This document shows positions 10,325 to 18,994 of a stretch of DNA of 64,000 bases, in pieces; position 1 is the first letter of the stretch; each line of letters begins with the position of its first letter. Source of the DNA: an uncultured Gammaproteobacteria bacterium (GTDB lineage: Bacteria > Patescibacteriota > Patescibacteriia > Magasanikbacterales > GWA2-37-8); assembly GCA_964510885.1 (NCBI GenBank), contig CAZEDL010000002.1, positions 64,707-128,706 on the forward strand, read 5' to 3'. Both the position numbers and the translations under genes were made by a program. Below the pieces are notes generated by a model, which saw only the letters and a list, made by a program, of their open reading frames with translations, searched no databases and was not told where the DNA came from.

Positions 10325-11882
10325 CTAGGCGACGCGCTTTGCCCGATACTGCTGAAATGCGTCGATGACGCAGCCATTGTACTGGGGGTAGGCCCCGGTG
10401 CAACCGATGAGCTCGATCATCTCTCCCCAGTAAGGGCGCCCTTCGGGCGAGGCCACGATCTCGCCAGACCACCACACGGCCAGGAAGGTCTGGACACGCT
10501 TGCCCGAGCCGTCTGCCGGGCCGTCGTACAGGAGAATGGCCCGATCATCGGTCAACAGGCCGGTCTCTTCGCGCAGCTCACGGGCTGCTGCCTCGAGCGG
10601 GTCCTCATCACTGAGCTCGTGCTTGCCCGCCGGCAGAGCAATACCGCCATCCGCCCGCTCAAACAGGAGGACCTCGTTCGTCGCCTCGTTGTAGACGAGC
10701 ATGCAGGCGGCGAAGACCGGATCAGTGGGTGCCGCCACCGTGAAGTCAGCGTGGAGCTTACGGTAGGGCGGCAAGGGCCCGTGAGAGGTGGTGCCGAAGC
10801 GCAGCTTGTGCTGCGGCAGGAACGCCACCTGGCCGTTCGCGAGCGCGATGGCGTGGAAGAGCTCGTTGGCGGTGTGCCACTCAACGGTGAACAGGTACAC
10901 GCCTGACAGCCACAGCCCCTGCCGCACGAAGTAGGCGTCGACACTACCCTGCAGCGCCTGATGAACATGGACAACGATCTCGTTCGTGGGGCAGTTCTTG
11001 TAGATGAGATCTTCGAGACCGAGGTTCGGCTCGAGCAGGCCATGGGCAGGGTCGGCGAGCAGAAGGGCGGACGGCGGCAGATAGGAAAAGATGCCGCCGT
11101 TGTCCAGGTAGACCTGAAACGTGATGGCTTCGCCCTGATACGACGAGACGCTGAAGGCCATGCCGGGTTCGTACTGGCCCTGGTGAGACGGGTCCATGTC
11201 GTAGAGGTACTCCGCGCGGACCCAGACGCGCAACGGAGTGATGTCCGCGTGGATGAAGCCGCGAACGGGCGGCTGCCCCGGGAGCACGGGCAAGCTCCTC
11301 TCCACGAACACCTGGGTGAAGATGGTGACCTCGTCGAGACTCCAGCAGGGCTGAGCGTCGGGCGGTCCGGGGATCTGATCGCGCTCGCTGCACGGACCGG
11401 ACTGACCGGTGAGCGCGTCGAGGCGAATCTCGTAGAGGTGCTGCTTGGGCATGATGCCGCTGGCCACGAGCCAGTGCAAGTACTCCACGATCACCTTGAT
11501 GCCGCCGGCTTCGAACGGGGTGGGAATGAGCGGGTTGGCGTCGTAGTGCAGCACGATGACCAGGTCGCGCTCCGGGCGGAGCAAGTGAACGAGGTCATGC
11601 GGGTTACGCAGGCCTTCGATCACGCAGCCGCCAGAGCGGACAGGGTAGCGCGCGCGGATGAAGTCGACGCAGGCCGCGGGGTTGTCGGCAAGCTGCGTCT
11701 GGGAGAAGCGGGTGATCGCCTCGACATAGGCCTGGCGACCGTGCTCGGGCCGCGGGCCCTGGTAGCGCTGCCTCACCCACTCTGAGGCGGGGATATGTGT
11801 CAGGCCATGCTCTGCGGCGAGAGCCTTGGCCAGCGTCGTCTTGCCGACCTGACTCCCGCCGATTACGAGGATATTGCGTTGC
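10325..11882 (-). CDS. P-loop kinase (NadR ribosylnicotinamide-kinase/AAA_28-like) - unknown central domain - Nudix hydrolase fusion (GC-rich gene)
   Basis: Likely start is MQRNILVIGGSQVGKTTLAKALAAEHGL...ASEWVRQRY; this mirrors the NadR RNK pattern GGESSGKS...AWEYGREF. The C-terminus carries a Nudix box (GKHELSDEDPLEAAARELREETGL). The ORF-track extension to 12103 is probably read-through of stop-poor GC-rich DNA. Confidence 0.7.
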
Positions 11883-11894
11883 ATGTCTGTCTCC

Positions 11895-12476
11895 TCAGCA
11901 GGGGTTGACCGCGCCCTTGAACTTGTTCTTCTTAGTGCTCCACTGGGCGATGATAGCGAACACCATGTGCTTCTCGGGCACGAAGGTCGCCGAGGTCTTG
12001 CGCACCACGATGCCGAGACCCTCGCGGCGGCTGCCGTCCGGGTACTCGACCATGATGTACTTGACCGAGAACTCATCGCCTGGGAACGCCGACACTTCCA
12101 CATAGCGATCGAAGAACCAGCCGGCCTCAGTCACCGGTTTGCAGTCACCAAAGCTGATGGGGGTTCCCCAGGTGACTCGCGTTTCATGGACGGCCTCGAA
12201 GCCGTACCCGAACTCGAACGCCACTCTCTCATGTAAGTACTGTCCGTCGCAGTCCATGCTGAGACGCAGGTTCTTGCGCAGGGTTCCCGAGGCATGACGC
12301 TCGATGAACTCTCCCCGCGACATGAGCCGCGCCGCAACGCGCCGGGCGAACGACTTGCACTTGCGGACGGCTGGATCCATCGGGCACTTCTGGGTCGCCC
12401 GGCTTTGCCCGATGCGGATAGACGGGGTGACTGGCTGAAGTCCTTTTTGCTCTTTCTTTCTATCTTTGTTCTTCAT
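11895..12476 (-). CDS. hypothetical basic protein, operon partner of the kinase-Nudix gene (GC-rich)
   Basis: 193-aa ORF ending 13 nt upstream of the kinase-Nudix start, with the same skewed GC-rich composition. No recognisable motif. Confidence 0.5.
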   Translation of the reverse strand: MKNKDRKKEQKGLQPVTPSIRIGQSRATQKCPMDPAVRKCKSFARRVAARLMSRGEFIERHASGTLRKNLRLSMDCDGQYLHERVAFEFGYGFEAVHETRVTWGTPISFGDCKPVTEAGWFFDRYVEVSAFPGDEFSVKYIMVEYPDGSRREGLGIVVRKTSATFVPEKHMVFAIIAQWSTKKNKFKGAVNPC

Positions 12477-12750
12477 GGCGTCTGTCCTCCTGACAGCTTG
12501 ATGGTTTGGACCAATGTAAATAGCTGGCTTTCAAAAAAATCGTTCGATATACAAAATAATCGAACAGTTGATTGTAGCAAAATCAGTAAATTTTGTCTAG
12601 AATGAATCTCGTGATGAATATACTTGACTACTACTCAAAGAATTACTATGGTATACTAGTTTTTCTAATGATCATTCCTCAAAATCGTATTTGAAATATT
12701 TTTAAACTATTTTAGGTAATACCAACGTTAGCTATTTTAATTTTTTCTCT

Positions 12751-13512
12751 ATGGATATGGGAAACAATGGTGCAACCAACTCTGGAGGAATGCTTCAGGG
12801 ATTATCCCCCAAAGCTTCCTTATTGCTTGGTTTTTTGGCAGCGTTCAGCTTACTGTCGCTCGCGGCCAATATTATTCTCGTCAATCTATTATTAGGCGAC
12901 GGCTCCAGCTATGGCACTCTGCCAGTGGCCGTGGCTCCGGCGCCGAATCCCACACAGCCAACAGCGCCGAGTGACGACACTCCTCCGCCGGTACAAACGT
13001 TTACCGTTACCAAGCAAGACCATGTTAAAGGCCCGGCCAATGCTAAAGTTACCCTGATTGAGTATTCAGATTTCCAGTGCCCCTTCTGTGGCCGTTTCCT
13101 TCCGACTGTACAACAGATTATAAAGGAATATGGCAATAAAGTCCGTTTCGTTTATCGCCATTTCCCCCTGAACAGCATTCATCCGATGGCGCAAAAGGCT
13201 GCTGAAGCCTCGGAATGTGCCAGCGAACAAGGCAAATTCTGGGAGTTTCATGATTTAGCTTTTGCCAACCAAGCCTCTTTATCCCTTGAAAATCTAAAGG
13301 TTTGGGCGACACAACTTGGGCTTAATGCCGGAAAATTCAACACCTGTTTGGATTCTGGAAAATATGCCACCCGGGTTCAGGCTGACCTGACGGAAGGTGA
13401 GCAGAAAGGGGTGTCTGGAACTCCGGCCACCTTTGTAAACGGGCAACTTGTCAGCGGCGCGCTGCCGTTTGAAGCGATGAAACAGATTATCGATCAGGAA
13501 TTGGCCAAATAA
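12751..13512 (+). CDS. DsbA-family thiol:disulfide oxidoreductase (membrane-anchored)
   Basis: N-terminal TM segment and a thioredoxin fold with YSDFQCPFCGRF. Confidence 0.85.
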   Translation: MDMGNNGATNSGGMLQGLSPKASLLLGFLAAFSLLSLAANIILVNLLLGDGSSYGTLPVAVAPAPNPTQPTAPSDDTPPPVQTFTVTKQDHVKGPANAKVTLIEYSDFQCPFCGRFLPTVQQIIKEYGNKVRFVYRHFPLNSIHPMAQKAAEASECASEQGKFWEFHDLAFANQASLSLENLKVWATQLGLNAGKFNTCLDSGKYATRVQADLTEGEQKGVSGTPATFVNGQLVSGALPFEAMKQIIDQELAK

Positions 13513-13523
13513 ATTAATTTCAA

Positions 13524-13555
13524 AACAATCCCGCTAATCCGGGATTGTTTTTTAT
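13524..13555 (+). terminator. rho-independent terminator
   Basis: aacaatcccg-ctaat-cgggattgtt followed by TTTTTT. Confidence 0.7.
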
Positions 13556-13565
13556 TTAGAGAGTA

Positions 13566-13593
13566 TTGAAATTTTTTGCTAACTACGTATAAT
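13566..13593 (+). promoter_or_regulatory. sigma-70-like promoter (TTGAAA-16-TATAAT)
   Basis: ttgaaa at 13566-71 and tataat at 13588-93. It lies inside the ORF-track N-terminal extension of the next gene, so the real start is probably the ATG at 13621. Confidence 0.5.
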
Positions 13594-13620
13594 AGATTAA
13601 TCAATTCTTACATTACCTCT

Positions 13621-14343
13621 ATGACTAACGAAGAAAAAAAAACTGCCCAGCAAGCTGCCGAGAGAAACGCCAAAACCAAGCGACTGTTACAACGCCTAAT
13701 GTTATGGATTGGGGTACTTGGCATAATAGGATTGGCTATTTATGGCTTGATGCGTCTTGGTGCCAATACTCGGAGCGGCTCTACGCTGCAACCTGGCCAG
13801 AGCATCCCGGCAATTGACGCCAAAGACTCTACGCGCGGCAGCAGTATTGCCAAACTTAGCCTCGTTGAGTACTCAGATTTCCAGTGTCCGGCCTGTGCCA
13901 GCTATGAGCCGCTGCTGCAAGAGGTGCAAAAACAATATGCTGGCAGCGTATTATTCGCGTATCGCCACTTCCCTCTGCCACAGCATCAAAATGCGCTGAT
14001 TGCGGCGACGGCGACCGAAGCAGCCGGCAAACAAGGAAAATTCTGGGAGATGCACGATCTGCTATTTGCACGGCAAGGTGACTGGGCTAACGTGTCAAAA
14101 TCTCGGATTCAGGAGGTCTTTGTGTCTTACGCTAGCCAGATTGCGTTAAACGCTGAGCAATTTAAAAAAGATTTGGCTGATCCCGCCACCGCGACTAAAG
14201 TCACGTCTGATCAGACCATTGGCGCTGCCGCCGGTATCGACAGCACCCCCACCTTTTTCTTGAACGGCAAACTAATCACTCCGAATCCAGCTAATCTTGA
14301 AGAGTTCAAAGAGTTGATTGAGGCGGCGTTAAAAAACAATTAG
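13621..14343 (+). CDS. DsbA-family thiol:disulfide oxidoreductase (second copy)
   Basis: TM anchor and YSDFQCPACASY. The start is revised from 13576 because of the promoter placement. Confidence 0.8.
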   Translation: MTNEEKKTAQQAAERNAKTKRLLQRLMLWIGVLGIIGLAIYGLMRLGANTRSGSTLQPGQSIPAIDAKDSTRGSSIAKLSLVEYSDFQCPACASYEPLLQEVQKQYAGSVLFAYRHFPLPQHQNALIAATATEAAGKQGKFWEMHDLLFARQGDWANVSKSRIQEVFVSYASQIALNAEQFKKDLADPATATKVTSDQTIGAAAGIDSTPTFFLNGKLITPNPANLEEFKELIEAALKNN

Positions 14344-14347
14344 TTAT

Positions 14348-14812
14348 ATGGCTGCCAAACGTCTCCACACCTTGATTGTGTACGGTTTTATCCTGGTTAG
14401 CTTCCTAGGGTTTCTTGACGCAGGATTTTTGACCGTAGAACATTTCCGCGGCGCGGTGCCGCCGTGTAATATCACCCACGGCTGTGAAGCAGTAACGACC
14501 AGTGTGTATTCGCAGATTCTCGGCATACCAGTGGCTCTGCTTGGGGCGTTATATTATCTGACGATGTTTTTGGGCACGATCTTGTATCTTGATACGAAAC
14601 GAGAACTAATCCTTAAACTGCTAGCGTACTTTACCATTACCGGGCTATTGTTTTCACTGTGGTTTACGTTTGTGCAAGCGGTTCTCCTAAAAGCATTTTG
14701 TCAGTATTGCCTCCTGTCGGCAACGACTTCAACATCTTTATTTATTATCGGGATGACCTATCTTAAAAAGAAGCCTTCACCGCTGCCTGCGGCTGAGATA
14801 CCGGTCGAATAA
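14348..14812 (+). CDS. vitamin K epoxide reductase (VKOR) family protein, DsbB functional analogue
   Basis: Four TM segments, a loop Cys pair (PPCNITHGC) and a CQYC active site. Confidence 0.8.
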   Translation: MAAKRLHTLIVYGFILVSFLGFLDAGFLTVEHFRGAVPPCNITHGCEAVTTSVYSQILGIPVALLGALYYLTMFLGTILYLDTKRELILKLLAYFTITGLLFSLWFTFVQAVLLKAFCQYCLLSATTSTSLFIIGMTYLKKKPSPLPAAEIPVE

Positions 14813-14832
14813 AATTGTCCAAATGTTAATTA

Positions 14833-14870
14833 AAAATCCCGATCTGTCAGCTGACTAATCGGGATTTTTG
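14833..14870 (+). terminator. rho-independent terminator
   Basis: aaaatcccgat...atcgggatttt hairpin with an inner gtcagctgac palindrome, followed by a T-tract. Confidence 0.7.
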
Positions 14871-15099
14871 TTACAAGTGGACCTAGAACCGCAGAATTCG
14901 GACTAGGCCGAGCCCTATCGAACTCACTTTAATAAGTAATACTTCTATATTGGATTATTAACGAATTGAGAGCGTCTTTACAGTCATACATCTGGAATTC
15001 ACGCTGATAGCCAGGATCAGTGGAAAGAATTGCTTGTTAGGCCTGTTTTTGTTAAATTTTTATTGCCTTTCACGGTATTACTTGTTAGTATAGAAGCCT

Positions 15100-15951
15100 A
15101 TGCAAACTACGTTACTATCTATTCAACGCAACGAATTAACCGAGCATTTGATCTATAAAAAAATAGCTCCGGTGGTAAAAAATTCTCGCGATCGAGCGAT
15201 TATTGAACGAATGGCCAAACAAGAGTGGAGCCATTATGAATTGTGGAAAGATGTTACCAAACAGACCGTGACGCCTAATTACTGGCGAGTCTGGTTTTAT
15301 TATGGTGTGACGCGCATTTTAGGTCTTAGTTTTGGGCTTAAATTAATGGAAAAAGGTGAGAAATTAGCTGGTGAGTTGTACGAGGATATACAGGCTGATT
15401 ATCCGCAGGTGGCGGCGATGCTAAAAGAAGAGCAGGAGCATGAAGCGGCCATTCTGAACATGATTGATCATCAGTCGCTCGCCAATGTGAGCGCCGTGAT
15501 TCTGGGTCTCAACGACGCGATTGTAGAAATCTCCGGTGCACTGGCCGGCTTGACGTTAGCTTTGTCCGAAACTCGGTTGATTGCCGGGGTGACACTTGTC
15601 ACTGGGATTGCCGGCTCACTGTCGATGGGGATTTCTTCATACTTATCAGCCAGCGCGGAAAAAGACCGGCAAAAGAAAGCGGTGCTGTTTGGCGCAACCA
15701 CCGGAATTTCCTACTTTATTACCGTTATTTTATTAGTTATCCCCTACTTTTTGTTATCCCGGGCCTTATATGCCTTGCCGATCAGTTTGTTGACCAGCAT
15801 TTGTATCATCTGGTTGTTTAACTTTTATACTTCGGTATCAATGCACCAGCCATTTGGCAAACGATTTCGGCTTATGCTGGTACTGAGCCTCGGGGCGGCG
15901 GCATTCAACATTGGCATTGGCTTTTTAATTCATCGGTATTTTGGAGTGTAA
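15100..15951 (+). CDS. erythrin/ferritin-like domain fused to a VIT1/CCC1 membrane iron transporter (MbfA-like)
   Basis: An N-terminal four-helix ferritin-like region (E..H motifs, EQEHEAAI) and a C-terminal multi-TM VIT1-like domain. Confidence 0.65.
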   Translation: MQTTLLSIQRNELTEHLIYKKIAPVVKNSRDRAIIERMAKQEWSHYELWKDVTKQTVTPNYWRVWFYYGVTRILGLSFGLKLMEKGEKLAGELYEDIQADYPQVAAMLKEEQEHEAAILNMIDHQSLANVSAVILGLNDAIVEISGALAGLTLALSETRLIAGVTLVTGIAGSLSMGISSYLSASAEKDRQKKAVLFGATTGISYFITVILLVIPYFLLSRALYALPISLLTSICIIWLFNFYTSVSMHQPFGKRFRLMLVLSLGAAAFNIGIGFLIHRYFGV

Positions 15952-16038
15952 CGAGACAATTGACAATACCCATTTTTGCTTTTTATACTTTAATTATACC
16001 CGCATCCAGGGACTGATTTATTTAATGTAATTACTCAT

Positions 16039-16629
16039 ATGCCAGAATTTACTACCAGCAACAAACACCCGGTGATTGGTCAGACAATTGCAGACCTTAG
16101 CATGGATGTGTACCACGAAAATGCGATCAAAACAGTCAAATTGGCTGATTATTCTGGCAAATGGGTGGTGCTATTTTTCTATCCGGCAGATTTTACCTTT
16201 GTGTGTCCGACCGAACTTGAAGACATGGCTGATCATTATGAAGAATTAAAAAAGATGAATGTAGAAGTGATCAGTGTCAGCACTGATACGGCGTTTGTTC
16301 ATAAAGCCTGGCATGATAATTCGCCGTCGATCAAAAAAATTATGTTCCCCATGGCCGCTGACCCGACCGGCAAGATCTGCCGAGAATTTGGAGTGTATAT
16401 TGATGGCGAGGGCCTGGCGCTGCGCGGCACGTTTATTATCAATCCGGAAGGAGTATTAAAGGCGTATGAAGTGAATGACAACAGTATTGGCCGCAACGCG
16501 GAGGAATTAGTGCGTAAATTACAGGCGGCGCAATATGTAGCTGAGCATGGGGGCGAAGTGTGCCCTGCCAAGTGGAAACCAGGGAACAAGACGTTGAAGC
16601 CGGGATTAGATTTAGTGGGGAAAATCTAA
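16039..16629 (+). CDS. 2-Cys peroxiredoxin (AhpC/Prx1 family)
   Basis: FTFVCPTELE peroxidatic Cys motif and a C-terminal resolving Cys (GEVCPAKW). Confidence 0.9.
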   Translation: MPEFTTSNKHPVIGQTIADLSMDVYHENAIKTVKLADYSGKWVVLFFYPADFTFVCPTELEDMADHYEELKKMNVEVISVSTDTAFVHKAWHDNSPSIKKIMFPMAADPTGKICREFGVYIDGEGLALRGTFIINPEGVLKAYEVNDNSIGRNAEELVRKLQAAQYVAEHGGEVCPAKWKPGNKTLKPGLDLVGKI

Positions 16630-16653
16630 TTATTCTTAAAATTAAAAAGCTCT

Positions 16654-17169
16654 ATGTCATTAGATGATAATAATGCGTTGGGAATGGAATTTGCAGTTCT
16701 AAGAACTAGTCGAGACCGTTTAGAAAAAAACAATACTGAAGCAGATAGGGCTTTACTTAAAAATATTTTTTTTAAGCCTGAGGGAAGCCAATTTTCGATT
16801 GATGGAGAATTTAAAAAAGATGTGTCCGCTGCCGGAGGAAATTTTAATGCGGCCTCAAATAAACTTAACCGATTAGTACAGTTGGCCTGGAAGGAAAAAG
16901 CGGGGCCAGAGGGAAGATTTGAATTCCGAAGCGATGGTTTTAGAACCGAGGATACGGAAGGATATATAAACGCTCAAAATGATGTGATTGATGATTTGTT
17001 GGAATTTGGTGGTAGCGATTTTCAAGTACTTCTTAATTCATATCTAGGCCAAGGGAATCAACAGACAGACAAAAGATTGCGTGCGGGAGACAAATTAAAG
17101 GACACTGCTTATGAAATATGTAAAGTAGTCGATGATTTCTTTCAGTCAAGAAATCGTGCATTTAAATAA
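16654..17169 (+). CDS. hypothetical protein
   Basis: 171-aa ORF with AT-rich codon usage and no motif recognised. It sits between the peroxiredoxin and SOD genes. Confidence 0.45.
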   Translation: MSLDDNNALGMEFAVLRTSRDRLEKNNTEADRALLKNIFFKPEGSQFSIDGEFKKDVSAAGGNFNAASNKLNRLVQLAWKEKAGPEGRFEFRSDGFRTEDTEGYINAQNDVIDDLLEFGGSDFQVLLNSYLGQGNQQTDKRLRAGDKLKDTAYEICKVVDDFFQSRNRAFK

Positions 17170-17233
17170 AAATTCTTGAACTTATATCTTACCCGCCCTT
17201 ACCGCGCCTATTACTCGAACTAATATTGCCATT

Positions 17234-17836
17234 ATGTACCAAGCACAAAACTACGACCATCTCATCGGAACACCTGGTTTCAGTGAGAAACTACTCACAA
17301 CACATTTTACGTTGTACCAAGGCTACGTCGCTAACACGACCAAAGTAGCCGACCAATTACGTACCCTACTCGATAGTGATGCAGCCAGCACCCCGGAATA
17401 TGCTGAGCTTACCCGCCGTTTCGGCTGGGAATTCAATGGCATGCGGCTGCACGAATATTATTTTGACAATATGCTGAACGGCGGAGCGCAGCTCGCCAGC
17501 GGTTCACCACTTCACACGGCGCTGACCCACCAGTTTGCCACCTTTGAAAATTGGCAAAAGGATTTTGTAGCTACCGGCGCGATGCGCGGGATTGGCTGGG
17601 CGATTTTGTATTATGACCCTCAGGGCGACCGGTATTTCAATTGCTGGGTGAACGAACATGACACTGGGCATTTGGCCGGCTGCGTGCCACTCCTCGTGAT
17701 GGATGTATTCGAACATGCGTTTATCATCGATTATGGCACGAAGCGCGCTGACTATATTCAAGCATTTTTGAAAGCAGTGGACTGGAACAAAGTAGCGGCG
17801 CGGCGCGACATATTACAATTATCACAAACCAAATAA
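17234..17836 (+). CDS. Fe/Mn superoxide dismutase
   Basis: C-terminal DVFEHAF(I)IDY metal-ligand motif (D-x-W/F-E-H-A-Y-Y) and conserved N-terminal histidines. Confidence 0.8.
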   Translation: MYQAQNYDHLIGTPGFSEKLLTTHFTLYQGYVANTTKVADQLRTLLDSDAASTPEYAELTRRFGWEFNGMRLHEYYFDNMLNGGAQLASGSPLHTALTHQFATFENWQKDFVATGAMRGIGWAILYYDPQGDRYFNCWVNEHDTGHLAGCVPLLVMDVFEHAFIIDYGTKRADYIQAFLKAVDWNKVAARRDILQLSQTK

Positions 17837-17842
17837 CTGCTG

Positions 17843-17867
17843 GCCCCGCACGTGCGGGGCTTCTTTT
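17843..17867 (+). terminator. rho-independent terminator
   Basis: gccccgcac/gtgcggggc stem followed by ttctttt. Confidence 0.75.
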
Positions 17868-17875
17868 AACCGCTT

Positions 17876-18961
17876 ATGTACCAAGAAATCATTAGGCCAC
17901 TGTTATTCAAATTATATAGCGACCCTGAAGATGCCCACCACCGCGTGGTGTCGCTTCTTAAAAAAGCTGGCCAGATACCGGGCGTGCTTAATCTGGTTCG
18001 GAGCCAGTATCAAGTAGCCCACACATGCTTGGACCAAACCGTGTTTGGCCTCAGATTTCCCTCTGTGCTTGGGCTCGCGGCTGGCTTTGACAAGCACGGT
18101 GAGGCGCTGCCGGCACTGGCGGCGCTTGGTTTTTCACACCTTGAAATCGGCACTATCACGGCCCATGCTCAGCCTGGTAATCCGCGCCAACGGATGTTTC
18201 GCCTGCCGGCTGATCAGGGCCTTATTAATCGGATGGGATTTAATAACGGCGGGGCTGACGCGCTCGCAGATACGTTAAGACATACGCCGAAATTATCAGT
18301 GCCGATCGGGATCAGCCTTGGTAAATCAAAAATAACCCCGCTCGAAACTGCGGCTGAAGATTATGTAACTAGTTTCAAAAAATTATATTCTCTCGGGGAT
18401 TATTTTGCGATCAATGTCAGCTCTCCCAATACTCCGGGCTTACGTGCACTGCAAAATAAAAGCGCGCTCGAAGACATAGTAGGAGCACTGCAGGCGGAAA
18501 ACAAGCGGTTATCCAAGGGATCATTGAAGCCGCTACTCGTAAAAATCGCTCCGGACCTAGAATTATCGGCAATCGATGAAGTACTCGGTGTTTGCCAGGC
18601 GTTCAACCTCAGCGGCATTATTGCCACTAATACCACGATCAGCCGCGATAATTTAAAAACCAACATTAACGAGGCAGGCGGCCTCAGCGGCGCGCCGGTT
18701 CGCGAGCGGGCGCTCGGGATTGTGCGCCATATCCATGCCAGTGCGCCTACTCTACCAATTATTGGTGTTGGCGGTATATTCACGGCCGATCATGCCTATC
18801 AATTTATTCGAGCCGGAGCATCACTGGTGCAGGCATATACCGGTTTTATTTATCAGGGGCCGGGCTTTGCACATCAGGTACACCAGGGACTCGCTAAACT
18901 CTTGGCACGCGACGGATTCAGTTCAATCCGGCAGGCAATTGGAGTCGATAGTACACCATAA
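17876..18961 (+). CDS. pyrD: dihydroorotate dehydrogenase (quinone), class 2
   Basis: N-terminal membrane-association helix with GFDKHGE, NVSSPNTPGLR and IIGVGGI motifs. Confidence 0.9.
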   Translation: MYQEIIRPLLFKLYSDPEDAHHRVVSLLKKAGQIPGVLNLVRSQYQVAHTCLDQTVFGLRFPSVLGLAAGFDKHGEALPALAALGFSHLEIGTITAHAQPGNPRQRMFRLPADQGLINRMGFNNGGADALADTLRHTPKLSVPIGISLGKSKITPLETAAEDYVTSFKKLYSLGDYFAINVSSPNTPGLRALQNKSALEDIVGALQAENKRLSKGSLKPLLVKIAPDLELSAIDEVLGVCQAFNLSGIIATNTTISRDNLKTNINEAGGLSGAPVRERALGIVRHIHASAPTLPIIGVGGIFTADHAYQFIRAGASLVQAYTGFIYQGPGFAHQVHQGLAKLLARDGFSSIRQAIGVDSTP

Positions 18962-18963
18962 TT

Positions 18964-18994
18964 AAAAATCTCCGGTAGCAACCGGAGATTTTTT
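18964..18994. terminator. bidirectional intrinsic terminator
   Basis: aaatctccggt-agca-accggagattt with T/A tracts on both sides, between the convergent pyrD and ABC exporter genes. Confidence 0.75.

Noticed and set aside
11883-12103. N-terminal 73-codon extension of the kinase-Nudix ORF
   Set aside because: The extension (MWKCRRSQAMSSRSS...) is low-complexity and overlaps the upstream 193-aa gene. MQRNILVIGG at 11882 fits a P-loop N-terminus.
10235-12337. Many overlapping ORFs in all frames (10235-10906, 10552-11043, 10944-11393, 10961-11785, 11874-12236 and others)
   Set aside because: These are an artefact of stop-codon-poor GC-rich DNA. Only the frames with the P-loop/Nudix motifs and the co-directional 193-aa ORF look protein-like; the others are Arg/Ser/Pro-rich junk.
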